This document shows positions 13,048 through 26,173 of a DNA stretch of 64,000 nt, in pieces. Made by a program: the position numbers and the translations under genes. This DNA is from Paragordius varius (lineage: Eukaryota > Animalia > Nematomorpha): NCBI GenBank assembly GCA_964247055.1, contig OZ176056.1, positions 5,518,001 through 5,582,000 on the forward strand. Direction: 5' to 3'. Below the pieces are notes generated by a model that was not told the origin of the DNA, did no database searches, and saw nothing but the letters and a program-made list of their open reading frames with translations. How positions within the stretch are numbered: the stretch's first letter is position 1; the number at the start of each line of letters is the position of its first letter.

Positions 13048-13160
13048 TATTGTGTCAATTCCAACGCTGAATAACATAAGAAAAAATAGGATTGCCCATA
13101 GGTTTGGCCACGGCATATGCAAGATAGTTTCTGGATAAACTATAAACGCCAAACTAACAC
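13048..13160 (-). pseudogene. SLC6 copy B, TM8 exon
   Basis: [38 protein letters not shown], 113 bp. Confidence 0.93.
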
Positions 13161-13472
13161 CTATTTTTAAAATTATTAAAAACATTAGAGAAAATAAAAT
13201 TTCATTCTAAATAAACGCAATAGTATGGTTAAGACTTTATTATTGTATAGGTAGGGCACCGACTTACCTCGCGTGCGAGAGTTCTACCCGACACTGCGCA
13301 ATTTTACCATCATCATCACAGTCAAATCTAGGCAGGGGAGGGTTGAAGCCTTCCCATATTGAAATATAATTTAAGCATGCCCCATAATTAAAAAGATAAA
13401 AAGATACTCTAACCTGTATATTTTTTTATTCGATAAGGATTAAAAATCTAAAATTTTAATATTTATATAACA

Positions 13473-14765
13473 TTAGCTGGTCCTGTAACGCTTCGCGGTG
13501 GCGTAGTCTCAACGATAATTATTTCTAATAATTTGGATTTGGAGGTAATGAAGATAAAATAATGAAAAACTTATATAAAAAATGTCTAATTAATCTTTTA
13601 TGGGTTTTTGCATAGGCTCAAATATTGTTTACTGTCCCTTAAAGTTAATATACAACTATCATTGGGTTTAATTTAAAATTTCGTTATACGAAATTATGGT
13701 TAAAAGTTTTATTTTAAAATTGCGCTTTCACCGGACAAGGTATATAAAAAGTAACTTAAATTCCATTTTAAAAGAAAGAATGATATACAAATTCGCCAGA
13801 AATGTGTTTAGAAGTTTTTCATTTATCCACAAAACCACGCGATCTTTGTATGGCGCAATCAAACCGGTAGACCATAATTATAGACCTATATGGAAAAGCG
13901 CTAAGTTAAATTTTTTGTCTTAATAAAGCAAATATTTTAAATAATCTCTGATTGTTTGATGGGTTTGAAAAAATACCTTAACACTAAATAACGTTATATG
14001 ATGGCCTAATTTTGGGGGTATGGCCCCAAATTAACGGCTGATTAATTTTTATCTAGTTACGGGTAATATTTGAAGCTTAGAACTCATATACATATAGAAA
14101 TTTTCTGTAAATTTGCTCCAAAACAACGCAATTTCTATATAGTGGCGCAGTTTTTCAGGCACCTCCTCAATCAAAGGCAGGTATAAAAAACGTTTAGCAA
14201 AATTTTGCCTTTTTATGGGGAATATCTGGATTTATTATTTATTTCATATGTACTCAATTTATGGAAGAATGGCTTCAAATCTAAATGACAGTTTAATGAC
14301 AAGGCATTTTTAGGGCGTAAAGGCCTATTTAACCGCTAATTTAAAAAAGGCTTGATTAAAAGAATCCTTATTAAATTTTACGTTCTCATACTTTGGGCGA
14401 AAAATATTTAAAAAATTATTTTTGTAGATTTAATTTCTGAAATAAGCGGCAATTTACGAAGGGGCGGAAAAGAGGGCCTAAATTAAAAAAAGAAGCCGAT
14501 TATGTTTGGTGCAATCGAAAATAAGTAACATAAACATATGAAATCGAATGGTCCAACACATTTTCGGAAAAATTGCCCAGACACGATTTTGTGGACTTGT
14601 GTTTTCAAAAAAACCCATTTTCTACACGAAATAGGCCCAAACTGGGTACCTTTAAAAAGGGCGAAGCTTTTGTCGGGACATTCATTAATGATTATATTTT
14701 TTCAATATTTGGATTTGAATGGGTCCACCGATTTTTATAAATATAGATAAAAAACATTTTTTCTA
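13473..14765 (-). mobile_element. Non-autonomous Helitron-like element (short copy)
   Basis: Reverse complement of the family at 29682-31650. The 3' end reads GCGAAGCGTTACAGGACCAGCTAAT on the minus strand (decayed CTAG end). Confidence 0.7.
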
Positions 14766-14783
14766 AAAATGTATGCTATAAAC

Positions 14784-14907
14784 CGTGTGTAGCAACTCGA
14801 TGAATAGGGATTGATAGGGTGTGCAACATAAATCCAAGGAATGAAAAGACAATGAGACCAGCATACCGGAGGTAAAACAATTAACTAGTGGGATGATAAA
14901 GCTATCT
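14784..14907 (-). pseudogene. SLC6 copy B, TM7 exon with 1-bp deletion
   Basis: DSFIIPLVNCFTS/frameshift/YAGLIVFSFLGFMLHTLSIPIHRVATH. 124 bp versus 125 bp in copy A. Confidence 0.92.
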
Positions 14908-15829
14908 CTGTATAAAATATATATTTTTTCCACCATATCAAATAAATTTATTTTTAAAGGTTTAAAAATATAGAAAAATGAACTAAAAATTATAATTTTA
15001 TATATATATATATATATATAAATTAATTGTGTTTTTGGGCTAATATGACTCATACTAGGTATAGTCTATTATTTTCATTTTTTAAAACTTAAATTCAAAT
15101 TTCAGGGTTTCATAATAAATTTTTCAAGAGTAAATTTAAGCTGTTATAAGTAAATATTTTTATATCAAAATTACCGGCAATCGACTATGTAATTTTATTA
15201 TTATAGCTCCTATGTAATAAATAGCGTCATTATCTTTTGATTTTTACTGGGTTATAATAAACTTTAAGCCTAAAATATTAGATATAACTCATATAGGAGG
15301 CCATCGAGGTTATGAAATATATACCGATAAAATATATAATGCAGAAAATGTATCAGAAATATTTAGATGTTTGTTTTAGATCTTAGGAATGGTATAACCA
15401 TATTACTTGACTTTGATAAAATTTGATGTGGTCGTCGAAGTCTTAAATTATTCCTCCCAAAATGGCCACACTAAACGCGAAAATGTCATTGTACTATCAA
15501 TATTATTAAAATGTGCTAAATTTATATCAAAAGAGTTTTCCATAGAAATATATACACTTGAAAATTATTTAAAACAAATTTTGGTGCAGAGAGTTTTTCC
15601 CTATTTCAAAGTATTGTGGAAACTGTACACATTTTTAAAATTTTATATAATCCGATAATATTGACCTACCAGCTCAAATATTGGATTTGAAAATGGGGTT
15701 TAGTTTTAAATTGAAAATAATTTTTTACCCAATTAGAATAATCATAATTTGATAAAAACACATACTCACCAATTCAGAGGAAAATAATAGTACATTTACC
15801 CTATTCAATATGTATTTCTCCTAACTGAA

Positions 15830-16510
15830 TTCTCAAACGAATATCAAAAATTTGGACTGACGATCAACTTCAAAAAAACTGAAATCATGACTATAAACGC
15901 TCATAACCATTATAACAACTTATCTTTTCACAACCAACAAATAGAAGTGTCCCAATACACTTACCTAGGCAGTCTTATAAATATAACTAACAACAGCACC
16001 CCAGACATTAAAAGAGGAATAGGAATTGCAAAGACAAAAATGATAAAATATAATAAACTATGGTCATCACACGACATCAAACTTAAAAAAATCCGTTAAG
16101 TTAAAGCCCTAATATTTCCGCATGCTATATGCATCAGAAAGCCGGACAATAAAAAAGGTAGACGAAAGCTGGCGGAAGGCACTTTAAATCACTTGGAAAG
16201 ATAAAGTATAAAACACTGTAATCCTTGAAAAAATAAACCCCGTGATACACCTGATTGGCATGTGCCTCAAAATGAAATTATCATATTTTGGTCACATTAC
16301 CAGAGCTAATGACTTGGAATTCCAACTAATGACAGGCAAGGTCGAAGGATCCAGGAAACGTGGACGCTGCAAGATGCGCTGGATTGAAAACCTAACCAAA
16401 GAAACCAATCTCTCTTTACAACAGTTAACATCACTCACTCACAATCGAATAAACTGGAGAAAATACACCTTCGAAGCAATAAATCGACAACGATCTTTGC
16501 TACAATAATA
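15830..16510 (+). mobile_element. RTE LINE 3' fragment
   Basis: INFKKTEIM..YTYLGSLI..DIKRGIGIAK and LSYFGHITR..GKVEGSRKRGRCKMRWIE. Confidence 0.85.
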
Positions 16511-16629
16511 ATATTAGTATCTTTTACATTACTTTTCACAATTATCTCATTCCCCCTCTATTCTCCTTATATTAATCTATCAAACCTAAACTATCACATT
16601 TTTGCATATTCGAATTGGTTTAAACGTTG

Positions 16630-17400
16630 AAATCAGAATTCGAATATAAAAGTTGCCACCTGGAATTTTAGATGTTTTAGTAATAACAATAAAATGGATT
16701 TAGTGTTAAACGAAATGATAAAATACAACATAGGCATACTAGGTGCATCTAAAACACATATCATAATGAACAAATTAACAAATTTATTTGACATCTACAA
16801 TCCTATTAACGAACGTATGATATCAATACATAATCAAACTACACCCTAAACCATAGCATCTTCCACATGAGGCAAATGACTAGGAACTAAAAAGGACAGA
16901 GGCGATCGACTCATCAAATTTTGTCATCATCGTCACCGTGCTAAAAATACCGTATACAAATTAATTTTATAATTCATATGAATAAATATCCAAAACGTTA
17001 AATGTTATCCTGCATCTGATTGCTACAGTCGTAACAACCTTTTATTTGCTAGATCGATTAAAGACCAATTACCCAAGAAGGCTAAAACATTGCGTAAAAA
17101 ACTTGATTATAAAACTATCGTAATAATTTTAACATTTACATAATCTTTTTAATAGTCTAGACTACCCAAAAAATTGTTGACAGCCGATTTATATCGCCTT
17201 ACAAACCATCCAAACATAAAATTAAACTATCAGCAAATAATCTTGCCATAGCTGAAGAACGCAGATTAGCAAAAGTCAAAGGGAATAGGGGTTATTATAA
17301 AATTTTAAACACAATTATCAAAATAGCATAAGGGATAAAAACAATCACCATAATACTTTGTTTGAAAAGCTATCCGAAGCCAAAAACAATCAAAACTTTT
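16630..17400 (+). mobile_element. Degenerate RTE endonuclease region (5' half of an RTE split by Gypsy element 2)
   Basis: KVATWNFRCFSNNNKMDLVLNEMIKYNIGILGASKTH at ~16650-16760 matches the APE N-terminus. The rest is decayed. Confidence 0.7.
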
Positions 17401-17409
17401 TTGCCCGAA

Positions 17410-20400
17410 TGTTATAGATCCTACTCTCGTAGACACAAACGCACTTATAGTGTAAACACTCATAATTCTTTGTGATCTAGTTATTTAATTGTAGCTTCAA
17501 AATATTTAGTATATAATTCTTGTATTATAATATCACACACACATGTGATTTTGGTATTTAATAAATGTTTTCTTTGTAATAAAACTTTCATCTATTATTG
17601 GGGCCTCGATGAACCTGGCGAAAATTTTTCTGAAAAACTTTAAAGAAAAAAAATTTCGACCAATAAGTTTACATTCAGCAAATGCTAGCTGCAAAAAACA
17701 TGACGGCAAGAAACAATTGCAAAATTCCTTTTCCTAAATTCGCATGATAATACCTCCTGACCGGATATCATTGAAGCCGGCAGAAATTTTACGAATTGAA
17801 TAAGACAAATATATTCCGGATTTTAATTGTCAAGGCTGGAGTCACATCCAACCGTGCTGTAAGAAGCAAATGATGAGCAACCTCCGGCATGTCGAATCTG
17901 GATCCACCCCCAAGATAACAATAATAATAAATGGCAAGACAATACGCATGATTATAGACACAGGTTCAAGCGTATCTATAAATTGATTGTCAAGCGTGGA
18001 AAATATTGGGGAGCCCGAGTTGCAACGAAGAGGTCGAGATTTATATAGCTATGGTACACAAACATTAAATTTCAAGGATAGTTGTATGGTCTGGGTACAA
18101 TGCGATGGTCAAACAAAATCTTGGCGTGTATGGTTGTAAGCGGCAAGAAGGCCCCAGCAATTCTTGGTTAGGATTGGCTACAAGAATTTCCTTTGGATTA
18201 TAGGAAACCGATGTTAGATGTTTAATGTTTCCCCTTTCCATGAATTTTTTAAGCTCCTCAGATGTAAAGTAAGACGCGTTGTTGGTAACTATCATTCTTG
18301 GAGATCCATATCGACTGAAACATTCGTCGAAGAAATTTAAGATATTTTTGGTCGATATCATTTTCGATAGTTTAACTTCGACCCATCGAGAATAACTCTC
18401 AATAAGAGCTATTTAATAATAATTGATCGGGCCTGCATATCTAGATGTAACCTCTCCCATATTGCTGTATTAGAACTCCAATTGTATGTGGAATTCAGTT
18501 ACATCTGACGGTTTTCTTGACACTTTTTACACGTATCTATTCACTTTTTTATGTCGCTTTATGTTGTGCCAAAAGACTATTTGTTTTGCTTGTTCGTACA
18601 TTGCTTTGTACCCGAGGTGTTTGGCGTGTAATAAAATTTATTTTTTTTAGATTCCTGAATTATTAATCTGCCAATATAATAATCCGTATGTATTCTCAAT
18701 TTCATTTCTAAAACTCTGGAATGGATGTATTATTTTATTAGACCAGTTGTTTGTTCTTAGTGCCCTTATTTTAATAGAGTGTCGGTTTCGGTCTGGCTTC
18801 TAATATGGTCACGATTTATATTGAATGAATTAGTATTGATAAATTTTACATGTTCTTCTGTTTGAAGGCTTTCTCTGTCTAGTTGGTGTGGTTCTGTCGG
18901 CATGCGGGACAATGTACCGTAGATGGTAATTAAATTCGTTAGCCTTATATACATAGTAACTTGGAATAATTTATTTCATCTAGTTTACGATTATTTCCAA
19001 ACAGCTATCTATATTAGTGGTGTGTGATCAGTAGACAGTTCAAACTTCTTTCCCGTAATAAACGTTCAAAAAAAACTAAATGTATGGCTCGTGATTCCTT
19101 TTCTATTTTCTTCGGCTTATGATTACTTTCTAGTGGAGTAGGCAATGTTATTTATGCCCTCCTGCGTGGTTTGTAGTAACACTTCTCCGTACCCTTTATT
19201 CAAGGCGTCTGTTTCGATTATTATAAGTATCTCAGGGTTGAACGGTATAAGTTTAAGAGTATGGCATATTGAATTTTTGGCTCTGTTAAAACAGCCCTCG
19301 TGGTTTTTGGTCTAAATGCAGGGTTTTTATAACAGCTTAGGTCGTGAAGTATAGCCAAACATTCATGCAATTTCTGGAGGAATTGTGTGTAAAAATTTAT
19401 TAACCCTAACAAGGACTTGAGTGTTGTTTTGTCGGTGGGTCTTGGGAAGTCTTGTATAGCTTTAACTCTACCGGCAGCTGAGGATATGACGTTTTTTGAT
19501 ATAACATAAGCTTACAGACGGTTTAAAAAGTTTTAGTTTGTTTTTACTTAATTTCTAACCAGATTCGTCTCGCTTAAATACCTTTTTTAAGTTTCTTTTA
19601 TGCTCGTTTCGGTTTTTCCTGTTAGTAAATATCGTTACACAGCTGTTCCTGGGCAGTTACCTAAAATATTATCTATTAATCTTTGAAAAATGAGGGGACG
19701 CTTGTTAGGCTAAAAGGAAACCTTTTATATGTAAAATAGCCTAGGGGTGTGGTAATTTTTAGTAAACTTTCTTGTGGCGATTGCAGATATGCGTCTTTCA
19801 AATCGATTACTAATCATATTTCCGAAACATGTCGGTATATTATGACTGTCATCTACTAGATGTGGATTTATTGTAACATGATAATCCGCACAGAACCTTA
19901 ATGCACCATTCGCTTTTGTTATACAAACAATAGGGGTGGCTCAGGTTAATTTCTCAATCATAGGGTCTAATGGTTTGATTATGTTCGTTTCTAAAAGTCT
20001 TAGAATTTCAGAGTCGACTTTTTCTTTTAATGGTATCGGGATCCGGCGACACTAAAGAATTTTTGGTTTTGTATTTTTTTTTAAAAAAAAAGTTTGATAG
20101 TTCCAGTTAAACACTTTAACTTTTCACAAAAATGTGAATTAAATTTTATAATTTTTTATTTAAAAATTTTTCCTTATCTCCTATATTAAATTATAAGCGA
20201 TCATCCAGAAAGAATAAGTTGTCTCCCCGTTTATCTAGCCTTAATTTACGCATGCATATTAAAAAAAGTAAAACTACCATGAGTTTTGGTTCATTCTATA
20301 GTGGGGAAATTTCACATTACAAGGATTTTAGCCTATATCGCATTTAGAATACTTTTAACCGTTACTTCCAAGATCTATGTAAATTGTTTGTTAAGACACG

Positions 20401-23400
20401 CATTTTAAATCACTTTGATCAACAGGCACATCCACAAATTCAATCTTCCTCACATGAGGATACATTGATGAAACGAAACGGCATTTAGCAACACAAAAAA
20501 ATTCTTCAACATTGTTGCCCTTAACACCTGACGATGATTCGAAATTGCTTTTATCACAGGAAGCTAATCATGCTATCAGCAACGCAGAACTTAAGGATTC
20601 TTGCGATGAACTTGAAGAAAAGGCCGTGGCTTATTCGCCAAATGGTCGATATATGAAATTCGACGCCATGGAAGGGGTTGTGATTGAGAAACAGCGTTTG
20701 ATTTAACTGGTTTAGTAATTGGAGTTGAATTTACCACAATAAATGGCCAGATATTCCACACTACAGCTTGGAAATATCAAAACAAGTGTCTGTTCATCGG
20801 ATAAAGTCATCCACCCAACAGATACTTGGCTTGATGCAAACAATGTTATAAGTGCCAAAGCTGGATTCACATCTAACCGTGCTGAAAGAAGCAAAGAATT
20901 AGCAATGTTCAGTAAGTCGAATCTAGATCCACCCCCAAGATAACAATAATAATAAATGGCAAGCCAATACGCATGATTATAGACACAGGTTCAAGCGTGA
21001 AAAAAATCGGGAGCCCGAGTTGCAACAAACAAGACCAGATTTGTATAGCTATGGGCAAATAAATACAAGGTAGGCATATGGCTAGGGTACAATGCGATGG
21101 TGAAACAAAATCTTTGACGTGTATGGTTGTAAGCGGCAAAAAGCTAGCAATTCTTGGTTGGGATTGGCTACAAGAATTCTTGAATGCCATAAAACAGTTG
21201 ACAAATTGTCGTAAATGTTTTAATAATAATATACTTAAGGAAAATTCACTTGTTAATAAATTTTTTTTGTTTATTGTGAAAAGTTAAAAACCCCTATCAT
21301 TTAAAAAAACTATCAAAACCAAAAATTTTAAGTGTCTCCGCATCCCGATATCGTTAAAAGAAAAATCGAATCTGAAATTAAGAGACTTTTAGAATCGGAC
21401 ATAATCTACTGAGTATCGAACCAGGGCCATCCTATTGTTTATATAACAAAAGCGAATGGTGCTTTAAGGTTCTGTGAACATTATCGTGTTACAATAAATC
21501 CACATCTAGTAGTTGACAGTCATAATATACCGACATTTAACGATTTAGTTTCGAAAATAGGATTAGATTATTTTCGTTAATCGATTTGAGAACACCCCTA
21601 GGCTATTTTACATATAAAAGGTTTCCTTTTAGCCTAACAAGCGCCCCCTCATTTTTCAAAGATTAATAGATAATATTTTAGGTAACTGCCCAGGAACAGC
21701 TGTGTATTTAGACGATATTTACTAACAGGAAAAACCGAAACGAGCATAAAAGAAACTTAAAAAAGGTATTTAAGCGAGACGAATCTGGTTAGAAATTAAG
21801 TAAAAACAAACTAAAACTTTTTAAACCGTCTCTAAGCTTATGTTATATCAAAAAACGTCGTATCCTCAGCTGCCGGTAGAGTTAAAGCCATACAAGACTT
21901 CCCAAGACCCACCGACAAAACAACACTCAAGTCCTTGTTAGGGTTAATAAATTTTTACACACAATTCCTCCAGAAATTGCATGAATGTTTGGCTATACTT
22001 CACGACCTAAGCTGTTATAAAAACCCTGCATTTAGACCAAAAACCACGAGGGCTGTTTTAACAGAGCCAAAAATTCAATATGCCATACTCTTAAACTTAT
22101 ACCGTTCAACCCTGAGATACTTATAATAATCGAAACAAACGCCTTGAATAAAGGGTACGGAGAAGTGTTACTACAAACCACGCAGGAGGGCATAAATAAC
22201 ATTGCCTACTCAGCTAGAAAGTAATCATAAGCCGAAGAAAATAGAAAAGGAATCACAAGCCATACATTTAGTTTTTGTTTTGAACGTTTATTACGGGAAA
22301 GAAGTTTGAACTGTCTACTGATCACACACCACTAATATAGATAGCTGTTTGGAAATAATCGTAAACTAGATGAAATAAATTATTCCAAGCTACTATGTAT
22401 ATAAAGCTAACGAATTTAATTACCACCTACAGTACATTATAAGCCATCAAAACATTTGAGATGCATTGACCCCCATGCCGACAGAACCACACCAACTAGA
22501 CAGAAAAAGCCTTCAAACAGCAGAACATGTAAAATTTGTCAATAGTAATTTATTCAATATAAATCGTGACCATATTAGAAGCCAGACCGAAACCGATACT
22601 GTATTAAAATGAGGGCACTAAGAACAAACAACTGTTCCAATAAAATAATACATCCATTCCGGAGTTTTAGAAATGAATTTTAGCATACATACCGGTTATT
22701 TATTGGCAATAGATTATTTCACGAATCTAAAAAATTAATATCTTACAATTATTACACGTTGGACACCCCGGGTCCTAAGCAATGTACGAACAAGTATTTG
22801 GCACAACATGAGCGAAATAAAAAAGTGGGTAGATACGTGTAAAAAATTGTCAAGAAAACCGTCTGATACGGAAACAGAATTCCAGATACAATTGGAACAC
22901 TAATAAAGCCATATGGGAGAGATTACATCTAGACATAGCATGCCCCAGAGGCAATTATTATAGTTCTTATTGACAGTTATTCTCGATGGGTCGAAGTTAA
23001 ACTATCGAAAACTATCGACCAAAAATATCTTAAACTTCTTAGATGAATGTTTCAGTCGATAATTTAAGTATGATAGTTACCGACAACGCGTTTTACTTTA
23101 CATCTGAAAAAAAATCATCGCAACGGAAAACATTAAACTTGTAACATCAGTTCCCTATTATTTAAAAACGAACGTATTGGTGGAACGAGTATATACCTTT
23201 CAAACGCATTATCGATCAGCAGAAGACGGTGACTCACAATCAATGATAAACACGCGTTGGGGATACCGCTTTAACATACACCGTGCTACAAATACATGTC
23301 CCACTCCTCTTTTCCTAAAACGTACCCCACCCAATCCAATCACATGGCTACAATATCAAACAGACTTCTTAGACGATGTACAACCGAATCACGAATACCA

Positions 23401-23995
23401 TGCAAACAAAAAAGTATACATAAATGAACTAGCGAATGGTTGGCGAGATGGGATTGTAAATAAACGACTCGGATTATCATATGAAATAAGAGATGATGAC
23501 AAAATCATCCGAAAACACCCCGATCAACTGAGACCAAGGGAAGGAGGTGAAAGAATAATGGGAAAGCCAATTTCGCCCAAAAACTCCACCATCGCATGAC
23601 CTATATGTTAGGTACTGCCACGACCGAAGCCCCGACATTACCTCCGCCCCAACCCTTGAAACCCATCTGAGTTGTCATCTCAACAAACACCCACTATTGC
23701 ACCTATCACTGACACTCACACAGAACGGTGATACCCTACACGAATCCGACAACCACCAGATAGATATCAAGGACAGGAAAAGAGTGATGTTAAGTTAAAT
23801 CCTAATGTCGTAGACAGCACCTATATAATTGTAAACACTTCTAACTCTTTGTGATATATTGTTAATTGTAGCTTTAAACAAAATAGTATATAATTCTTGT
23901 ATTAATATCACAGACACATGTTTGATTATGTTTAATAAATGTTTTTTTTGTAACATAACTTTAATTCTATTACCATACAAAACAAAAATCATAAT
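17410..23995 (+). mobile_element. Rearranged Gypsy element 2: LTR-gag-PR, inverted IN/RH/RT arm, foreign spacer, gag-PR-RT-RH-IN, LTR
   Basis: LTRs at ~17410-17597 and ~23788-23995. The minus-strand pol copy spans ~18188-20160 and the plus-strand copy ~20735-23600. ORFs 19221-19412(-) and 21935-22126(+) translate identically. Confidence 0.9.
20458..20664 (+). pseudogene. Host-gene-like fragment resembling the lead-in to a WNK kinase domain
   Basis: DELEEKAVAYSPNGRYMKFD (20605-20664) resembles the WNK KAV..S..GRFLKFD motif from memory. Similarity stops before the GRG.FKTVY loop. No database search was run. Confidence 0.45.
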
Positions 23996-23999
23996 TACC

Positions 24000-25380
24000 T
24001 CGGCCTCATTAGAAACGCTGATAATTATTTTGTTGCGGATAAAGCCAAAATCTTAATTTGGCACGATCACATAACGAACCTCTATGAAACAAAAAACACT
24101 AAAATTTTTAATGAAAGCACCCAAGAAAAAAATCCTCCTTTGCTAAAAGAAGAAATGGAATGGGCTGTAAAACATTTGGCCACTGTTAAAGCAGAACAAT
24201 GATGTCAGCTAAATACTCTACATTTTTTTCAAAACGTCTTTTGCTCGAAAAAATTTCTGAGTGGGGTAAATATTCCTATTCTATAAAAGGAAATAACAAA
24301 ATATGTAACAATTAGATCAAATGATTAAAATTTTCTTAATCTATCAAAAACGCCTTCAATCTATATACAGAAATATCAACTACTCAGACTTGTTTGCGAA
24401 ATGGGCGAGGATGTAGAGATATGATAGCCCATATGAGATGGATAATGGCGAAACACATACAATTGAATAAGAAAATCCATATGTGTTGGCGTTTTTTCCA
24501 AAGCTTTTAATTCCATCCAACATAATCATTTACAAGCTTACAACAGCTACGTTTCAACTCTAATTAACATATTATCTCGATTTCCTCAAATTTGACTGCT
24601 ATGGTTTTCACAAATTTATGGGGTAACTGATCCCTGCATGGTGAATTTGGGATTACGTCAGGGTGTTCAAAACTTATTCCGTTCAACGCATATCTCGAAT
24701 GCATAATGAAAAACTTACCCGATGTTAAAGGATCTGATCTAATATCTATTCAGTGTGCCGACGATACGGCTATCTTTCGCAGACAACCCAAAATCATTGA
24801 CTCTCATGATCAAAAGTATGACAGATCAATCTTTCAAAAACAATGTATGTAGATTAACCCAAAAGTTTCATACACTACAATAATCAACGGAAGCTTTATT
24901 GAAACAGTCAAAAGTTACACCTAACTTGGGAGCTAATAATAAATCTTCTGATAAAACGAATGATAACCATGACCAAAAGGGCCGCAAATAATTATAACAA
25001 AATCTGGGCATCCAATAATGTCAGATTAAAAACGAAAATTCGACTTATTACCAATGCCATCGCATAACTTTCCTCTGCGGGTGTGATCCGCCAAAAGGAT
25101 AATTTATTCTTTTGAAATGTGGATGTGGAGAAAACTTTTAATAAAATGGACGGATAAAATTACTAACAATGCAATTTCGAATATAATCAGTCCCTACAGG
25201 CCATTGGGAATGTCCTTACGCACCAAACTGTTCTACTTGGGCCACTGAGATCTAATTCACTGGAAAAATCCATGATGTTGGGTAATAAGAGGTACGCGCA
25301 AAAGGGGCCGAAGAAGGATAAGGTGAATGGACAATATTTATAAGAAACCCACCCCAACGTTGGCTGAACACAACATTAAA
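24000..25380 (+). mobile_element. Degenerate RTE RT region (3' half of the RTE split by Gypsy 2)
   Basis: PPLLKEEMEWAVKHL (~24130), GLRQGC-like (~24650), ADDTAIF (~24760), YLG-like (~24920) and KRGRRR terminal remnants. Confidence 0.75.
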
Positions 25381-25635
25381 ATTAAAAACCTTAATATATG
25401 GAATTTTACATAGTCGAGACTGTAGCATACACGCACCTATTTGCAGACAAAGACATCGTTAATCAAATCTTAAATATAAAAATCAGCATTCATATGTGAT
25501 ATAAAATTTAAAGTAATAAATATTGTTGCCACCACGCTTTAGGACAATATCGTGTGCACTGTGTTGAATATTAGATTTAAAACGAATTAAACACAAACAA
25601 AAACTTATGATAAAGATTTGAAAAATAAAATATGC

Positions 25636-25739
25636 CTTAAACAATTTGTTCGAAATTTATTGTAACTTGCCATGGTTATGATACCACTCCATCCAGGTCC
25701 TAATGAATAAAAGATTTGAGTTGCTGCTTCATTCCATAT
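25636..25739 (-). pseudogene. SLC6 copy B, TM6 exon (GC donor)
   Basis: [34 protein letters not shown], 104 bp, followed by AG|GCATAT. Confidence 0.92.
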
Positions 25740-26173
25740 CTATATTATAAAATTTACATTGTCATTGTTTCAATTAAAAAAGTCATTTTTTAAACCATGG
25801 TTGTCCATCATAAATGGCTTTCCAGACCACATTTTCTCAAAAAGCAGACCGCATAGGAAAGGTATATGGGCATTTAAATTATTAGAAAATTAAAACACTA
25901 TTTAGAATTTAGAACCTCAAAAATGAATAAATCAATTAAAATGTTTTAGCAATATTAATATTGAGATTTTATTAACATATTTTTTCAAATTATGGGTTTC
26001 GGATTGTTATAGTTCTCTGTTTTTTCCCATGTTATAAATCAGTGGTACCCGCCGGGGGTGCTTTTATATGACCCTGGAAATAATTATTAATTATTTATTG
26101 ATGTATATGTATTTTGATTATAAGTTTGTACAAATGTGTCAAACAGTTTGGAAATCGGTATTATAGGCTGTTA

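Noticed and set aside
13258-13345. U1 snRNA (ACTTACCT and GGCAGGGGAG both present)
   Set aside because: The two motifs are ~65 nt apart rather than contiguous, and no Sm site or U1 stem-loops follow.
17599-17612. Assignment of the Gypsy primer-binding site to a specific tRNA
   Set aside because: TGGGGCCTCG here versus TGACGCGTC in element 1 are too decayed to assign.
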